Shown here: positions 19,408 to 29,154 of the stretch, piece by piece | Layout of the letters: each line of letters begins with the position of its first letter | Numbering within the stretch: the first letter of the stretch is position 1 | From: Corallochytrium limacisporum Hawaii | Taxonomy: Eukaryota; Protista; Pluriformea | DNA length: 64,000 nt | Reading direction: 5' to 3' | NCBI GenBank assembly: GCA_002811645.1 | Contig: PDIP01000027.1 | Coordinates: 62,001-126,000, forward strand | Notes under the pieces: generated by a model | What the model was told of the DNA's origin: nothing | What the model saw: the letters and a program-made list of their open reading frames with translations, nothing else | Database searches by the model: none | Position numbers and translations under genes: made by a program

Positions 19408-22400
19408 TTAGTCCAACGATGATGACACCTCGCTTTCATTACCATCTTCCACCTCTATATTGTTTTGCAGCAACTGCAGTTCTCCCTTGGTCGCATTCAG
19501 CAGGACATAGTCTCCTGTGCTTACCAGTTGCGTCACGCCAGGCACACTGACAATGCACGGAATACCGTATTCGCGGGCACACAAGGCACCATGGCTAAGA
19601 AGCCCACCAGACTCCGTAACGATGCCCTTTAGCATGGGAAAATACGGGCTCCAACCAATGTCCATGGACGTGATAACTAAGATGTCGCCGTAGCGGAGCA
19701 CCGGAGCATCACCCAGATCAGTCAAGACCCTGGCACGGCCTGTAACCTGACCCTTACACGCCGGCAGACCCCGAAGGGTACCTTCAAGGATCTTCCGCGC
19801 TGCTAAGACCGCAGAGGACAGCGTTTGCGTGCGCATGCGACCAATGATGGGATTTGGCGTCCCAATGGTTAGCATCGGGAAACGGACTTTTCGCTGGGTC
19901 GTGTCAAACTGTCGCTTCCGCTTGATGGCATTCAGAATGATAGCCTCACTGCGGCGCGCGCGTTGGTTGCTCGAAGGAAGTATAGACGGAGACTTCGGAC
20001 TCTGCGGTGCAGCACCATCGCGAGTTGGACTGCGGAACCGATTACCACCCAACGACCGCTGATCTTCGGAGGCCATGAAGCACAACCGTTGAATCTCAGT
20101 GTGGGTCATAAAGTACAGAAGTTCCGCAGCCGGCAGGTCGCCTTGTACGGCCAGCATCTCTGCGAGTGTACGATAGCCTCGGCGCAAGGTCAGTGCTACC
20201 TCGATGGCAAAGCTCTTACCGCGATCACGGTCCCGCATAGCTGCCAGAGCAAGGCGACGGACTGGGATTAGAGCCAGACGACGTGCATAGGAGAGCGAAG
20301 TGTTGAGCTGAGTAGTTCCTAGCGTGTCGCTCCTGGGGCTACTGTTGTCATGGCCACTTATGCTTGCCAGGGACGACAAATCACGAGGAGTTGAGCCAGG
20401 CGTGCTACACCTTGATCTCGCGCCCTTCCCGTCTGGAGTGGATGTGATCTCCTCACCTACAAAACTAACCTCGTTCCTCAGGCGGTCGCCGTGTTCAACA
20501 GCTAGTTTTCGAATGGCGCCAATCACATCAAGTGGATCCTCACGCCAGGTACGACTCATGAGCTCGACTTCATTGCTGCATCGGTGGCCGTGAGCCTGCA
20601 GGAAGGCCTCAAACAGGCGCCCGGCAGGAGTGCTACCTTCAAGCAAGAAAGTCAACAGTTCGGACCTACTTGACTCTTCGACCGGCTTCATACCGTACGC
20701 TTCGAGATCGACCATGGTTTGAGCCGCCAGTTTTTCCAGAGACCGTGCTATATCAGGAGCCATTCCACTATCAACTGCACTACCCCAGCCACCACCCCAG
20801 AGTCCGTCTGCTCGGTTGCCCAAGAGCTCGGCAAGGTCGGCGTAGTGTTCGACCGTCCACTTCCCGGAATCCATACTGGATCCTTCATCGTTGAGAATGT
20901 GGAGCAAAAGATTTGTCCAATGACCACAGCGAGCGGTCAAAGCGACCAGACAGGACCAGACCTGCCGATACAGCTGTAGATAGGAATCAATTTCCATGAA
21001 CAGCTCAGCGGCGTCATTGACGTAGCGCGCACTGAGCCTGCGTTCGTCAAAGCGTTCATGCTTCTTCTGCAGATCCTGCAGTATCTGGTTCGTTCGGGCC
21101 AGGCATAGCAGAAAGCGCACAAACGCTGCACGCTTCTGACCTGACGTCATTGAGTCCCCTTCAGTGAACATTTCTAGGTCTTTGAAGGGAATCTCAGTGA
21201 TGACCCTGCCGCAAAGAGTCATGTCCATAGCCGCCTTGGACGTGTAAGCCGTCCGCGTATGAAATACTGCACAAGTATACAAATTCAGGAAGGAATTGTT
21301 GCGAAAGATGGGCAAAAATTTTTGAGTGTCCATGTGTGTATCCATAATGCCAGAACTACGCAACAGGTCCTGAATACCATGCTCTAGAGCGACCGCAAAG
21401 GTACTCAGCGTCAATGGTGTCATTGCAGTCGGCATCAGCTCGCTAATGGTTGATCTCGACAACCACTCACCCTCAGAGGCAAGAGGAGTGTCAAACTCTG
21501 TGCCGATTAGATCATTCTCCACAGGAGCGCCTTCTGTCACTGGTCGACATTGCAACAAGTAGACTTTACCGGTGTTTGATATACCGTCCCATGTGACCAC
21601 AAACTCAACGGCTCGGCCCGATCCACTAAAATAACGCTCCACAACAGCACCGACACAGCACACTCTTTGTACAAGAGCTTCCAGTGCGTCCCTGGGAATA
21701 CCTGCTATTATTCCATCATCGTTCCCCATCTTCTTCAATATAGAAGTCGATCTCATGCCACTGGGGGGCTTCTTCGGTGGTGTGTCCATGATTCCCACGG
21801 AATCAATACTCTTTCGTTTGACGGAGTTGATGGTCTGGCTTGATCTACGCCGGACCAGGGGATGTCCGGAGGAAGGTAAGTACTTCTGGATTACGAAGTC
21901 CGTCAGCAACGAGTCATCCTGGCTCTCTGGGGGTCTCGGAAACTTCTCAAGCACATCAAGCCAAATCGGCCTGCACACATAGTAGGTATCAGGGTTTCCC
22001 GAGCCATCAGTTGCACCGGTGCCAATCCCATCAACTGTGCTGATGACCATGTGGGTGATTGCTGCGTCCCTTTCGCTATCCTCCCGAACATTACCATCCT
22101 TGCTACGCTGGCTCATCCGCTTGGGTATCATCGCTTCTTCCTTCGTTTCTTCTTCGGTATCTACCAAGGACTCATCTGACGTTACGAGAAGACCACTTAG
22201 GGCAGGTCCAGTCACCATTGCCTGTATAATGACCGCTATACCAGGGTCTATCTCGAGATCCATACTCAGTCTTTGGAGGACCGTGGCATACTCGAACTGC
22301 GATGCCCAGCACTGCACGATCCGTTGCAGGACACTGTCAACACCGCGGACAAATAGATACGTGCTATTTTGGCCCGCAAGTGAATGCGCTACATCCTCAT

Positions 22401-24621
22401 CAACTCCACTAGAGCGAATGGCCAGAGCCTCAGTTTTTGAGAACGTCTCACGAAGCGCATCCCTTACTGCCTTCTCGATCGTAGGTTCTAAAGAAGTCCG
22501 AAGAATCATTCGGCGCAGCCTCCTACATTGGGACTCGAGTTCGGCTTTCGGACACGTATAGACGCGGTTGATAGCGTCCTGCAGATCGAGCCCATTGACA
22601 GAATGTTCTTGTTGGTGTCGCCAAGCAGCCGCAGTCAATGTGGCGACCTTGGGCACGAAGAACTTTAATGGTTCCAGAAATTCCTCTTGATACGGACTGA
22701 AATGGAAGCTGCTTTGCTTTCGTACAGTTCCGCCTTCACGCTCAAGCTCGCTGTCAGTGTCAAAGTCGTCGTCGATGTCATTGTCAGTGTCATCCGCTTC
22801 ATTAACATCTGCAGCTAATTTGGTACGCACTGCCTTTGCATGCTGTACCAATTGATCAACCTCAGTTGCGCATTGATACAATCTGCCCAGCTCCATGCCC
22901 TTGCCACCAACGATCTGCGTATACTGATGAAGGCGGTCGTCAAGGCAGACAATAAACCTCTCCAGGTCTTCCTGATCCAAGGTCTCTTCTGGGGTCCCAG
23001 TGATAGGGTTGTTTTGCCGAGAAGTGTCCGGGTTCTCGTTCCCTGATCCCATGCTCAATGGACTCACACTAAGTGGATAGCGGATGAAGGAACTGTTCTT
23101 CGGTTTTGTACCGTGCCTGCGGTAGGCGAATCGAGTCATGACGATGGCCGGTGCACCGTTCACGGTCGCAATACCCTTATAGTAGTAAGTATCACTAGAT
23201 CCACTTGTGACCGGCGGTCCCTGTGACTCTATGATGTTGTGCATGGTGATCCGATGTGTGCCCTGAGCACCTGTGCGTTCAGTCACAGGGCCTGAAGCAA
23301 CTTCAAACTCAATCGTGTGCTTCCGATTCGGTCTCAGTCCTTCTGCAATAGTCCACATGGGGGTGTGGGTTCCAATGATCGCGCTCGTTCCACCGTGGGG
23401 CCTAATCACATAACCCCTGACCAAATGGCTCAGGGTCAACGTCCCACTAATTTCAAAGTGGATCCTCGTTCCATCTTCCAACATGACTAAGTACCCCACA
23501 CTACGATAGTAGTACCCAGAAATCTGGTGGCCGCGAGCCTCACAACGCCAGCCACATCCGTCCAAAGGGAACTCCAGTCCATCAATATTTACGTACCCGG
23601 CAACGTTTCCCCATTGCTCAATCCTTCTAAGGCGATTTCTTCTCATCTCATTGAATAATGCAGCGCTCCATGGTTCCATAGCGGTGGACATGGCGTAGCT
23701 GACCAGATTTGTACTGCCTGCCTCTGTAACCACACGGGGACTCGTTGGTTTCCACAAAAGTGTGATATTCAAGGGCACCACTTGTCCCTTCCGCAGACGA
23801 CCACGTGGACTATCGTCATCAGCATTTGCTGTCTGTCTCTTTTCATTGAAACGGGGCGGTTTCGCAAGATGAGGGGAGTAATCCGTCACGACAACATCGC
23901 CGGCAAAGCGAAGTCTGCGAGCTGCACCGGGGAGCTTGTAGTCGAGAGAGTCACCCAGCTCGTCCAGGTGCATTCCGCTCACGATCGGTCTCGGTCTACC
24001 CTCTGCGCGCGTTTGTACCTCCATTAGACCACCCCACTGATGTTGTAGTGACTCTGTGGGGATCAAGAACGAGCCCAGATCCTCCACATCAAGTCGAAGC
24101 CATGTTCTTGCACTGTCGCTTCGCCGACCAATCCGAGAAATGAGAGTTATTCCCCGATCCTCATCACATACCACGTACTCACAACTTTCAAACGCTGCCT
24201 CAGAGAATGGATCGACTTCTGTTTCTGGTTCTGTTGAAGCATAGATACCTGACTCTGCAATGGAACCTGCATTGGCCTTTTGTCCCTCTCTTCGCTTCTG
24301 CAATTCTGCCGCATTCATCTCCGCCCTGGTTCTAGCCAGAGCCTGACGCACACAAAAAATGACGTAGATGATCAAGAATTTACACCAGAAGGTTGCAGCA
24401 GAGTAGTTTACTGGTGAGTAAGGCCTTGGTCTGTTCTCAGGCCGCATGTGTAAGTCCCACAAGACGTTACGTTGGCGCAAGACGATCCAACACCCTTCCA
24501 TAGAAGCACTGATCACAGCCCACATGAACACATATACCATGTATAATCCCTGAGCCGTACTCTGCAGACTATCTAGCAGAACCGCTGTCATGACGTTGCT
24601 CTCTCGACCTTGCTTCGTCAT
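19408..24621 (-). CDS. Membrane-anchored PEP-synthase-like dikinase of rifampicin phosphotransferase/PigC/YvkC architecture with an extra N-terminal domain
   Basis: ATP-grasp (VGGKG..L, AIRSS...ED....AGQ..T.L, AVIIQ.MV, YLLQCRPVT), central substrate domain (E.MP..MTPLT; FL..HGHR...E.EL....W.EDP), C-terminal swivel His domain (GGLLSHGA..AREYGIP); two hydrophobic N-terminal segments. Confidence 0.88.
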   Translation of the reverse strand: MTKQGRESNVMTAVLLDSLQSTAQGLYMVYVFMWAVISASMEGCWIVLRQRNVLWDLHMRPENRPRPYSPVNYSAATFWCKFLIIYVIFCVRQALARTRAEMNAAELQKRREGQKANAGSIAESGIYASTEPETEVDPFSEAAFESCEYVVCDEDRGITLISRIGRRSDSARTWLRLDVEDLGSFLIPTESLQHQWGGLMEVQTRAEGRPRPIVSGMHLDELGDSLDYKLPGAARRLRFAGDVVVTDYSPHLAKPPRFNEKRQTANADDDSPRGRLRKGQVVPLNITLLWKPTSPRVVTEAGSTNLVSYAMSTAMEPWSAALFNEMRRNRLRRIEQWGNVAGYVNIDGLEFPLDGCGWRCEARGHQISGYYYRSVGYLVMLEDGTRIHFEISGTLTLSHLVRGYVIRPHGGTSAIIGTHTPMWTIAEGLRPNRKHTIEFEVASGPVTERTGAQGTHRITMHNIIESQGPPVTSGSSDTYYYKGIATVNGAPAIVMTRFAYRRHGTKPKNSSFIRYPLSVSPLSMGSGNENPDTSRQNNPITGTPEETLDQEDLERFIVCLDDRLHQYTQIVGGKGMELGRLYQCATEVDQLVQHAKAVRTKLAADVNEADDTDNDIDDDFDTDSELEREGGTVRKQSSFHFSPYQEEFLEPLKFFVPKVATLTAAAWRHQQEHSVNGLDLQDAINRVYTCPKAELESQCRRLRRMILRTSLEPTIEKAVRDALRETFSKTEALAIRSSGVDEDVAHSLAGQNSTYLFVRGVDSVLQRIVQCWASQFEYATVLQRLSMDLEIDPGIAVIIQAMVTGPALSGLLVTSDESLVDTEEETKEEAMIPKRMSQRSKDGNVREDSERDAAITHMVISTVDGIGTGATDGSGNPDTYYVCRPIWLDVLEKFPRPPESQDDSLLTDFVIQKYLPSSGHPLVRRRSSQTINSVKRKSIDSVGIMDTPPKKPPSGMRSTSILKKMGNDDGIIAGIPRDALEALVQRVCCVGAVVERYFSGSGRAVEFVVTWDGISNTGKVYLLQCRPVTEGAPVENDLIGTEFDTPLASEGEWLSRSTISELMPTAMTPLTLSTFAVALEHGIQDLLRSSGIMDTHMDTQKFLPIFRNNSFLNLYTCAVFHTRTAYTSKAAMDMTLCGRVITEIPFKDLEMFTEGDSMTSGQKRAAFVRFLLCLARTNQILQDLQKKHERFDERRLSARYVNDAAELFMEIDSYLQLYRQVWSCLVALTARCGHWTNLLLHILNDEGSSMDSGKWTVEHYADLAELLGNRADGLWGGGWGSAVDSGMAPDIARSLEKLAAQTMVDLEAYGMKPVEESSRSELLTFLLEGSTPAGRLFEAFLQAHGHRCSNEVELMSRTWREDPLDVIGAIRKLAVEHGDRLRNEVSFVGEEITSTPDGKGARSRCSTPGSTPRDLSSLASISGHDNSSPRSDTLGTTQLNTSLSYARRLALIPVRRLALAAMRDRDRGKSFAIEVALTLRRGYRTLAEMLAVQGDLPAAELLYFMTHTEIQRLCFMASEDQRSLGGNRFRSPTRDGAAPQSPKSPSILPSSNQRARRSEAIILNAIKRKRQFDTTQRKVRFPMLTIGTPNPIIGRMRTQTLSSAVLAARKILEGTLRGLPACKGQVTGRARVLTDLGDAPVLRYGDILVITSMDIGWSPYFPMLKGIVTESGGLLSHGALCAREYGIPCIVSVPGVTQLVSTGDYVLLNATKGELQLLQNNIEVEDGNESEVSSSLD

Positions 24622-24978
24622 GTCGAACAAAAACTTGGTATCTAAGCTATCCTACATATCAAAGACCGACGATGATGATGATTACCCTCTCGGTTGCGCG
24701 TCTGATACTAAGTCATGCTCGGTTTCTTGCATATTCATATCCCTTTTGTTCCGGGTTCCATCGAAGTTTTTCGTATCTGTAAGATCATGTGGATGTATAA
24801 CATTCATTGCTCAAATAACCTCACATAGATCACGGCTTCGTCCAACGATACTAAACGGGGGTAGCCCACCCGGTTCTACTTTTTGTTTTCCGGTGATCGC
24901 GCCACCGAGGCCAACTTCCCCTCCTATTTCCCGCTGCTTATTCTGAGATTTAAATGCGGGCCACCAAAAGCCTCCCCT

Positions 24979-25014
24979 GGGGAGAGGAGAAGGGGGAGGG
25001 GGGGAAGGGGAGGA
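24979..25014 (+). repeat. Homopurine G-run tract (G4/triplex-prone)
   Basis: ggggagaggagaagggggagggggggaaggggagga: 36 nt of purines only, with four runs of at least 4 G. Confidence 0.7.
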
Positions 25015-25495
25015 CTAGGTTGGCTCTGTCAGAGAGATATAGTCCGGTGGTACAGCGGCGGGAAGGTAGAAGGTCGCGGTGAGAGGGGTGGAAGGAGGAC
25101 GACTGAGCAGCCGAGGTAACAAGAAGGAGGCGGCGACGGGAGGTCTCCCCGCCAAACTGACCGCCCATCGGCGCGCACCCAAAAAGCACTGAGACAGAGA
25201 GGACAGAAGGAAAGAGGACCTAGAAAAAAAACTCGTGCTTTTTTGGTGAACCGTGACAGAAAGAGCCGGGGTCTGGGTGGGGAGGGAGTTGGAAGCGGAG
25301 GCAGTCGGGGAAAAGATGAGCAGTGGCTATTTCTATTTTTTCCCGGTTTAAGCTTGAACAAAAATATTCGGCCCCCGGGATGGGAGGGACGTGGGTTTTC
25401 CATAGGTACAATTGACGATCTTGTCAACTTAGATTGTAGTCTAACTCATCACATAACTATTACAACTGGTCATATTTATTCGTGTGTTTCACATT

Positions 25496-28006
25496 CTAGA
25501 CATCATCTGTTTCTGTGTCCACTTCTACATCATGGACATGATCACTGTCCCGGAGGGTGGATACCATCTCTGCCTGCAAAGCATTCTGTGCTCGTGGACT
25601 GTCATATTTACCAGAAGTTAGAGGATTCATGACGATGTCAGAAGTGATGTATGCCAAGTCTGGCATGGATTCCAGGACCTCAAGGGCCCGCCTACTGAGC
25701 ACTCCCGTCTTCGTTTTGGAAGTATTGAGCAAGTTCATGACTTTGTCAGAAGTCGCTGGCATAGTGGACTTGTTCTCTTTGTCAATGCCGTAAAGCAGAT
25801 CATCAAATCCACCTGGTTTTGCATGCGAACTGGGGTGCTGTGATTCGCCGCCGCCTCGATCAAAGAAAGACAGGTCCAAATCAGCACCAGACATGGCATA
25901 GTTCCCAGATGCCACACTAGGGACGGCCTGCTTGGCAGTTGCCAAATTTGGCACTGGCGCACCCTCTGTGCCATTGTTCGGTGTTTCCTGTAATATGGGG
26001 CTCTGCGGTTCGTCCATGGAGAACGCAGTCGGTTGCAAACCGCCCATAGCAAAGTGATGGGCAGCAATCCCTGCCTCATCGTCCATAAACGCAAGACCCT
26101 TGATGGCCAAATGGTTGATGTTGGCACCCATGATCTTTGCAATTTCGATCTGGTTCTTGGACCCACTCCAGTTAAACTCCTCAGACAATCGGTTCTGAGC
26201 GTTTTCCACGGAAATAAGGATCTTCATCTTGTCAGACAGCGCAGATGCTGTTAAATTTTCAACCTCCTCTGATGGGAAGGTCTCCTCAGTCCGGGTTTGG
26301 AAAACTTCGCTAAGTGTCCTCGGCTTTACATTGCTACTGCGAGCTGCCTGCATCGTACCTGAGACCGCCTGAACGGGCACCGCTGGTGGCGGTGACTCAA
26401 ACTTCGCATCACCAAAGTCGCCGAAGTCATCGTCTCCACCGGCAGCCCAGCCACCATCACCCCATTCGTCATCTTCACCTTCCGCTTGGCCACCATCTAC
26501 CCACTCCTCGTCACCGCCCCAGCCATCATCATTGCCCCATTCGTCATCCACCTGTTTGCTCTCAGCGTTAACGTCCAATTCCGCGGCACCAGTCAGGCCT
26601 TCTTTAGAGGCCTCCGCCGGGATCTCACCCTTCGTATCAATTTCAAGAGCGGTCTCTATTGCAAAGTCGTCCGCTTCATTGACCGGACCGGGCCCGGCGG
26701 GTTTAACTTCCGTCTTCATTTCACCTGCAGCAGTCGCACATTCCTGGGGTGAGTTCTCGTGAACAGATCCCCCATCTACAACTTCATTCAGCTGAACCGG
26801 TGCCAGTGCAGACTGCGGTTGATCGAACACGTCCATCCTATCAACTCGGGCAGGTTGGTCACCGACGGCGAGTTCTAGAGAGCCTGAACCTATATTTCCG
26901 TGCGCGTCGTTGGTGCCGTTTGCTTTAGCGGGCGTATCGACACTATTTTCGGTCTGCTCTACGCATGTTTTGGTTGTGTAGATATCCGCTATCTCGGAAG
27001 CATGCTCTGTCTCGATGGCGACGACCGGTGTGTTGGGGCTGTTGGGAGTTTCCGGAGAGTGCTCAGATGCCGCCTGTAACTCAACTTTCATCGGGTCTTC
27101 TGGTCCAGAATCTTCTATCGCACTCTGAGACGCATCCGACATGATTTCTTTCTCCTTTAGATCATCTTCTATCTTAGACCCTATGTGGTCAAGGCTGGCA
27201 ACAACCGCATTGTCCTCGTCACGTTCTTCGTCGGCAGGTTTCGATTCCGTTGCTACCTGCGTTCCGTCCAGTTTGATTTCCTCATTTCCATCGATATTAG
27301 CCTTATGACTATGAACGAAGTCGAAGGTTTTGTTGCTAGCAATGTTGTCTTCGTCAGCACCTTTAGTGTTAGCCATTGTGAAAGTCATACTGCTTGTTGT
27401 TGGTTCCAAATCAACAACAATCTCTTCCTCTTCTTCATCTTGCGAGTCCATGGATGCAAGCTTTTCGTTGTCACCAATCGGGCCCCATTCAGTTGGATCA
27501 TCAGCAGTAGCCGGTACTGTTGTTTTCTTGTATGGAATTCCAGGGGCAGTCTCCGACATGGGCGATGATATCGTCGCGTCATCTTCCTTGACTGTTTCAA
27601 ATCCCGATTCATTTGGAGCAGATGTCCTAGTGGCCTCTGTACCTTTTGAAACTTTTGTTAAGTCTGGCTTTGCCATGGAGTTCTTGTCCTCTGCTACAGG
27701 GACAACAAACGACCCAAATTCATCCACACCGGGCACAGACGTCTGCTGTGTAGTTGGTTCCGGAGCAGGCGTAGGAGCACAGTGATCCGTGCTCGGCTCG
27801 CTGTTTTTAGGTGGCGGCGTATCAAAACTTCCAAAGTCATCATCTCCACCACCAGTTGTCCATTCTTCCGCCCAATCGTCGCCAATGCCTGCTTTTGTCT
27901 GTGCTGGTCCTGTAAAATCATCCCAAGCGTCCTCCTGCCCATCGTCTGTATTCGCTGGCCCTGCGAAATCGTCCCAGTCGTTGTCGTCAGGAGTGGCGTC
28001 TGTCAT
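25496..28006 (-). CDS. AFTPH: Aftiphilin-like AP-1/clathrin accessory protein
   Basis: Acidic disordered protein with WDDF, DDFGSF and DDDFGDFGD adaptin-ear motifs, FNWSGS...MG clathrin-box-domain motif, and C-terminal LS..A..VL.SMPDL.Y.....MNP. Confidence 0.8.
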   Translation of the reverse strand: MTDATPDDNDWDDFAGPANTDDGQEDAWDDFTGPAQTKAGIGDDWAEEWTTGGGDDDFGSFDTPPPKNSEPSTDHCAPTPAPEPTTQQTSVPGVDEFGSFVVPVAEDKNSMAKPDLTKVSKGTEATRTSAPNESGFETVKEDDATISSPMSETAPGIPYKKTTVPATADDPTEWGPIGDNEKLASMDSQDEEEEEIVVDLEPTTSSMTFTMANTKGADEDNIASNKTFDFVHSHKANIDGNEEIKLDGTQVATESKPADEERDEDNAVVASLDHIGSKIEDDLKEKEIMSDASQSAIEDSGPEDPMKVELQAASEHSPETPNSPNTPVVAIETEHASEIADIYTTKTCVEQTENSVDTPAKANGTNDAHGNIGSGSLELAVGDQPARVDRMDVFDQPQSALAPVQLNEVVDGGSVHENSPQECATAAGEMKTEVKPAGPGPVNEADDFAIETALEIDTKGEIPAEASKEGLTGAAELDVNAESKQVDDEWGNDDGWGGDEEWVDGGQAEGEDDEWGDGGWAAGGDDDFGDFGDAKFESPPPAVPVQAVSGTMQAARSSNVKPRTLSEVFQTRTEETFPSEEVENLTASALSDKMKILISVENAQNRLSEEFNWSGSKNQIEIAKIMGANINHLAIKGLAFMDDEAGIAAHHFAMGGLQPTAFSMDEPQSPILQETPNNGTEGAPVPNLATAKQAVPSVASGNYAMSGADLDLSFFDRGGGESQHPSSHAKPGGFDDLLYGIDKENKSTMPATSDKVMNLLNTSKTKTGVLSRRALEVLESMPDLAYITSDIVMNPLTSGKYDSPRAQNALQAEMVSTLRDSDHVHDVEVDTETDDV

Positions 28007-28295
28007 TGTTGATTGAATATCAACGAGTTTTTGTCTTCATAGTTCACATGTTTTATTCCTAGTGACTGCACTCTCACTGTCTCCACCTCTGTCTCATGTG
28101 TTGAACACGTTTTTTCAATCATGGAAGTTCATTCTTCGTCTTCAACCAATATCTGAGAAGATCATTAGAATCTAAAGATATGAGTGTACCAAGTAGTAGA
28201 CAACTTGACATAGGTGCCAGAGTCTTTGAAAATAGAAATAGAGAATGAAAAGACGCTCTGTCGAAAATTGTGAATCGCTTCACCAGACCCTCGCG

Positions 28296-28315
28296 TTCGG
28301 ACCCGCTCGGGTCCG
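28296..28315. promoter_or_regulatory. Inverted pair CGGACCCG-ct-CGGGTCCG, a candidate promoter element
   Basis: Perfect 8-bp inverted repeat at 28298-28315; related copies at 7707-7718, 33996-34010 and 45377-45388. Confidence 0.4.
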
Positions 28316-29154
28316 CTATTCCCTTCCTGAATAGCGCGAAGGCCAGCAAATGATCAGTCCGCCTAGCCGTACAGAAGAAAAATTGGAAAACTGAGACTGA
28401 TCCGGAAGCTATCGTCTGATGCTCCAGTAGTGAATGTACCAAAAGTCCCTCGCTGATACCCCTTAATAGCGGGGACGACCCGGAGAGGGCCCCCGTCGGG
28501 ACCGACAGCGAACGTTTCCGACACTCTTCAGCCCCCTCCCCATAATCCCCTCACCCTGGGTTCCGGTACCTTCCCCATTGGAGCCCGGCCGGGACGAGAA
28601 AAAGTGGGGCCAGCAGGGGTCCCCTCCATCCTTTCCCGCCACTCGCGTAAGTTTGAGCAGGGGAGCGGCAATGGGAGGTGAGGCTGTCTTTTCTGAGGGT
28701 AGCCTCCCTGCTGGTCGGTCGGCCAAGTGGGCACTGTGGTTTCTGGCAAGAAAGGGCTGCGGAAGGGGTTTGGTGCGGGCCTGGCCTCGGCACCACGCTC
28801 GCACTCGTCAAGCTCGCCGACCGGGGAGTGAGTGTTGTTTGGCGTGAAGGATTTTGCGCTTTGCTCAGTGCCTAAGGTTGGCAGAGTTGGGAGGTACAGT
28901 TAGTTGGACATGGAGAGATCCCAAGGTCGGAGTTGTTTGTAGACATCATATCTCGTCTGACAGCTTAGGAGGCTACAAAAAGGCATGGTGTTATCGTGGA
29001 TCTAGAAATAAGCGGTCATAAGCACACACCGTTCTGGCGCAGAGGTCGCATGACATATTGCGGAAATAGATCGGCGTCGAGAAAGACTGCCGATACTCTA
29101 TCTAACTTGTTGCCTTGATATTAGCATTCAAGACATGAAGTAAGCAACTCGACA

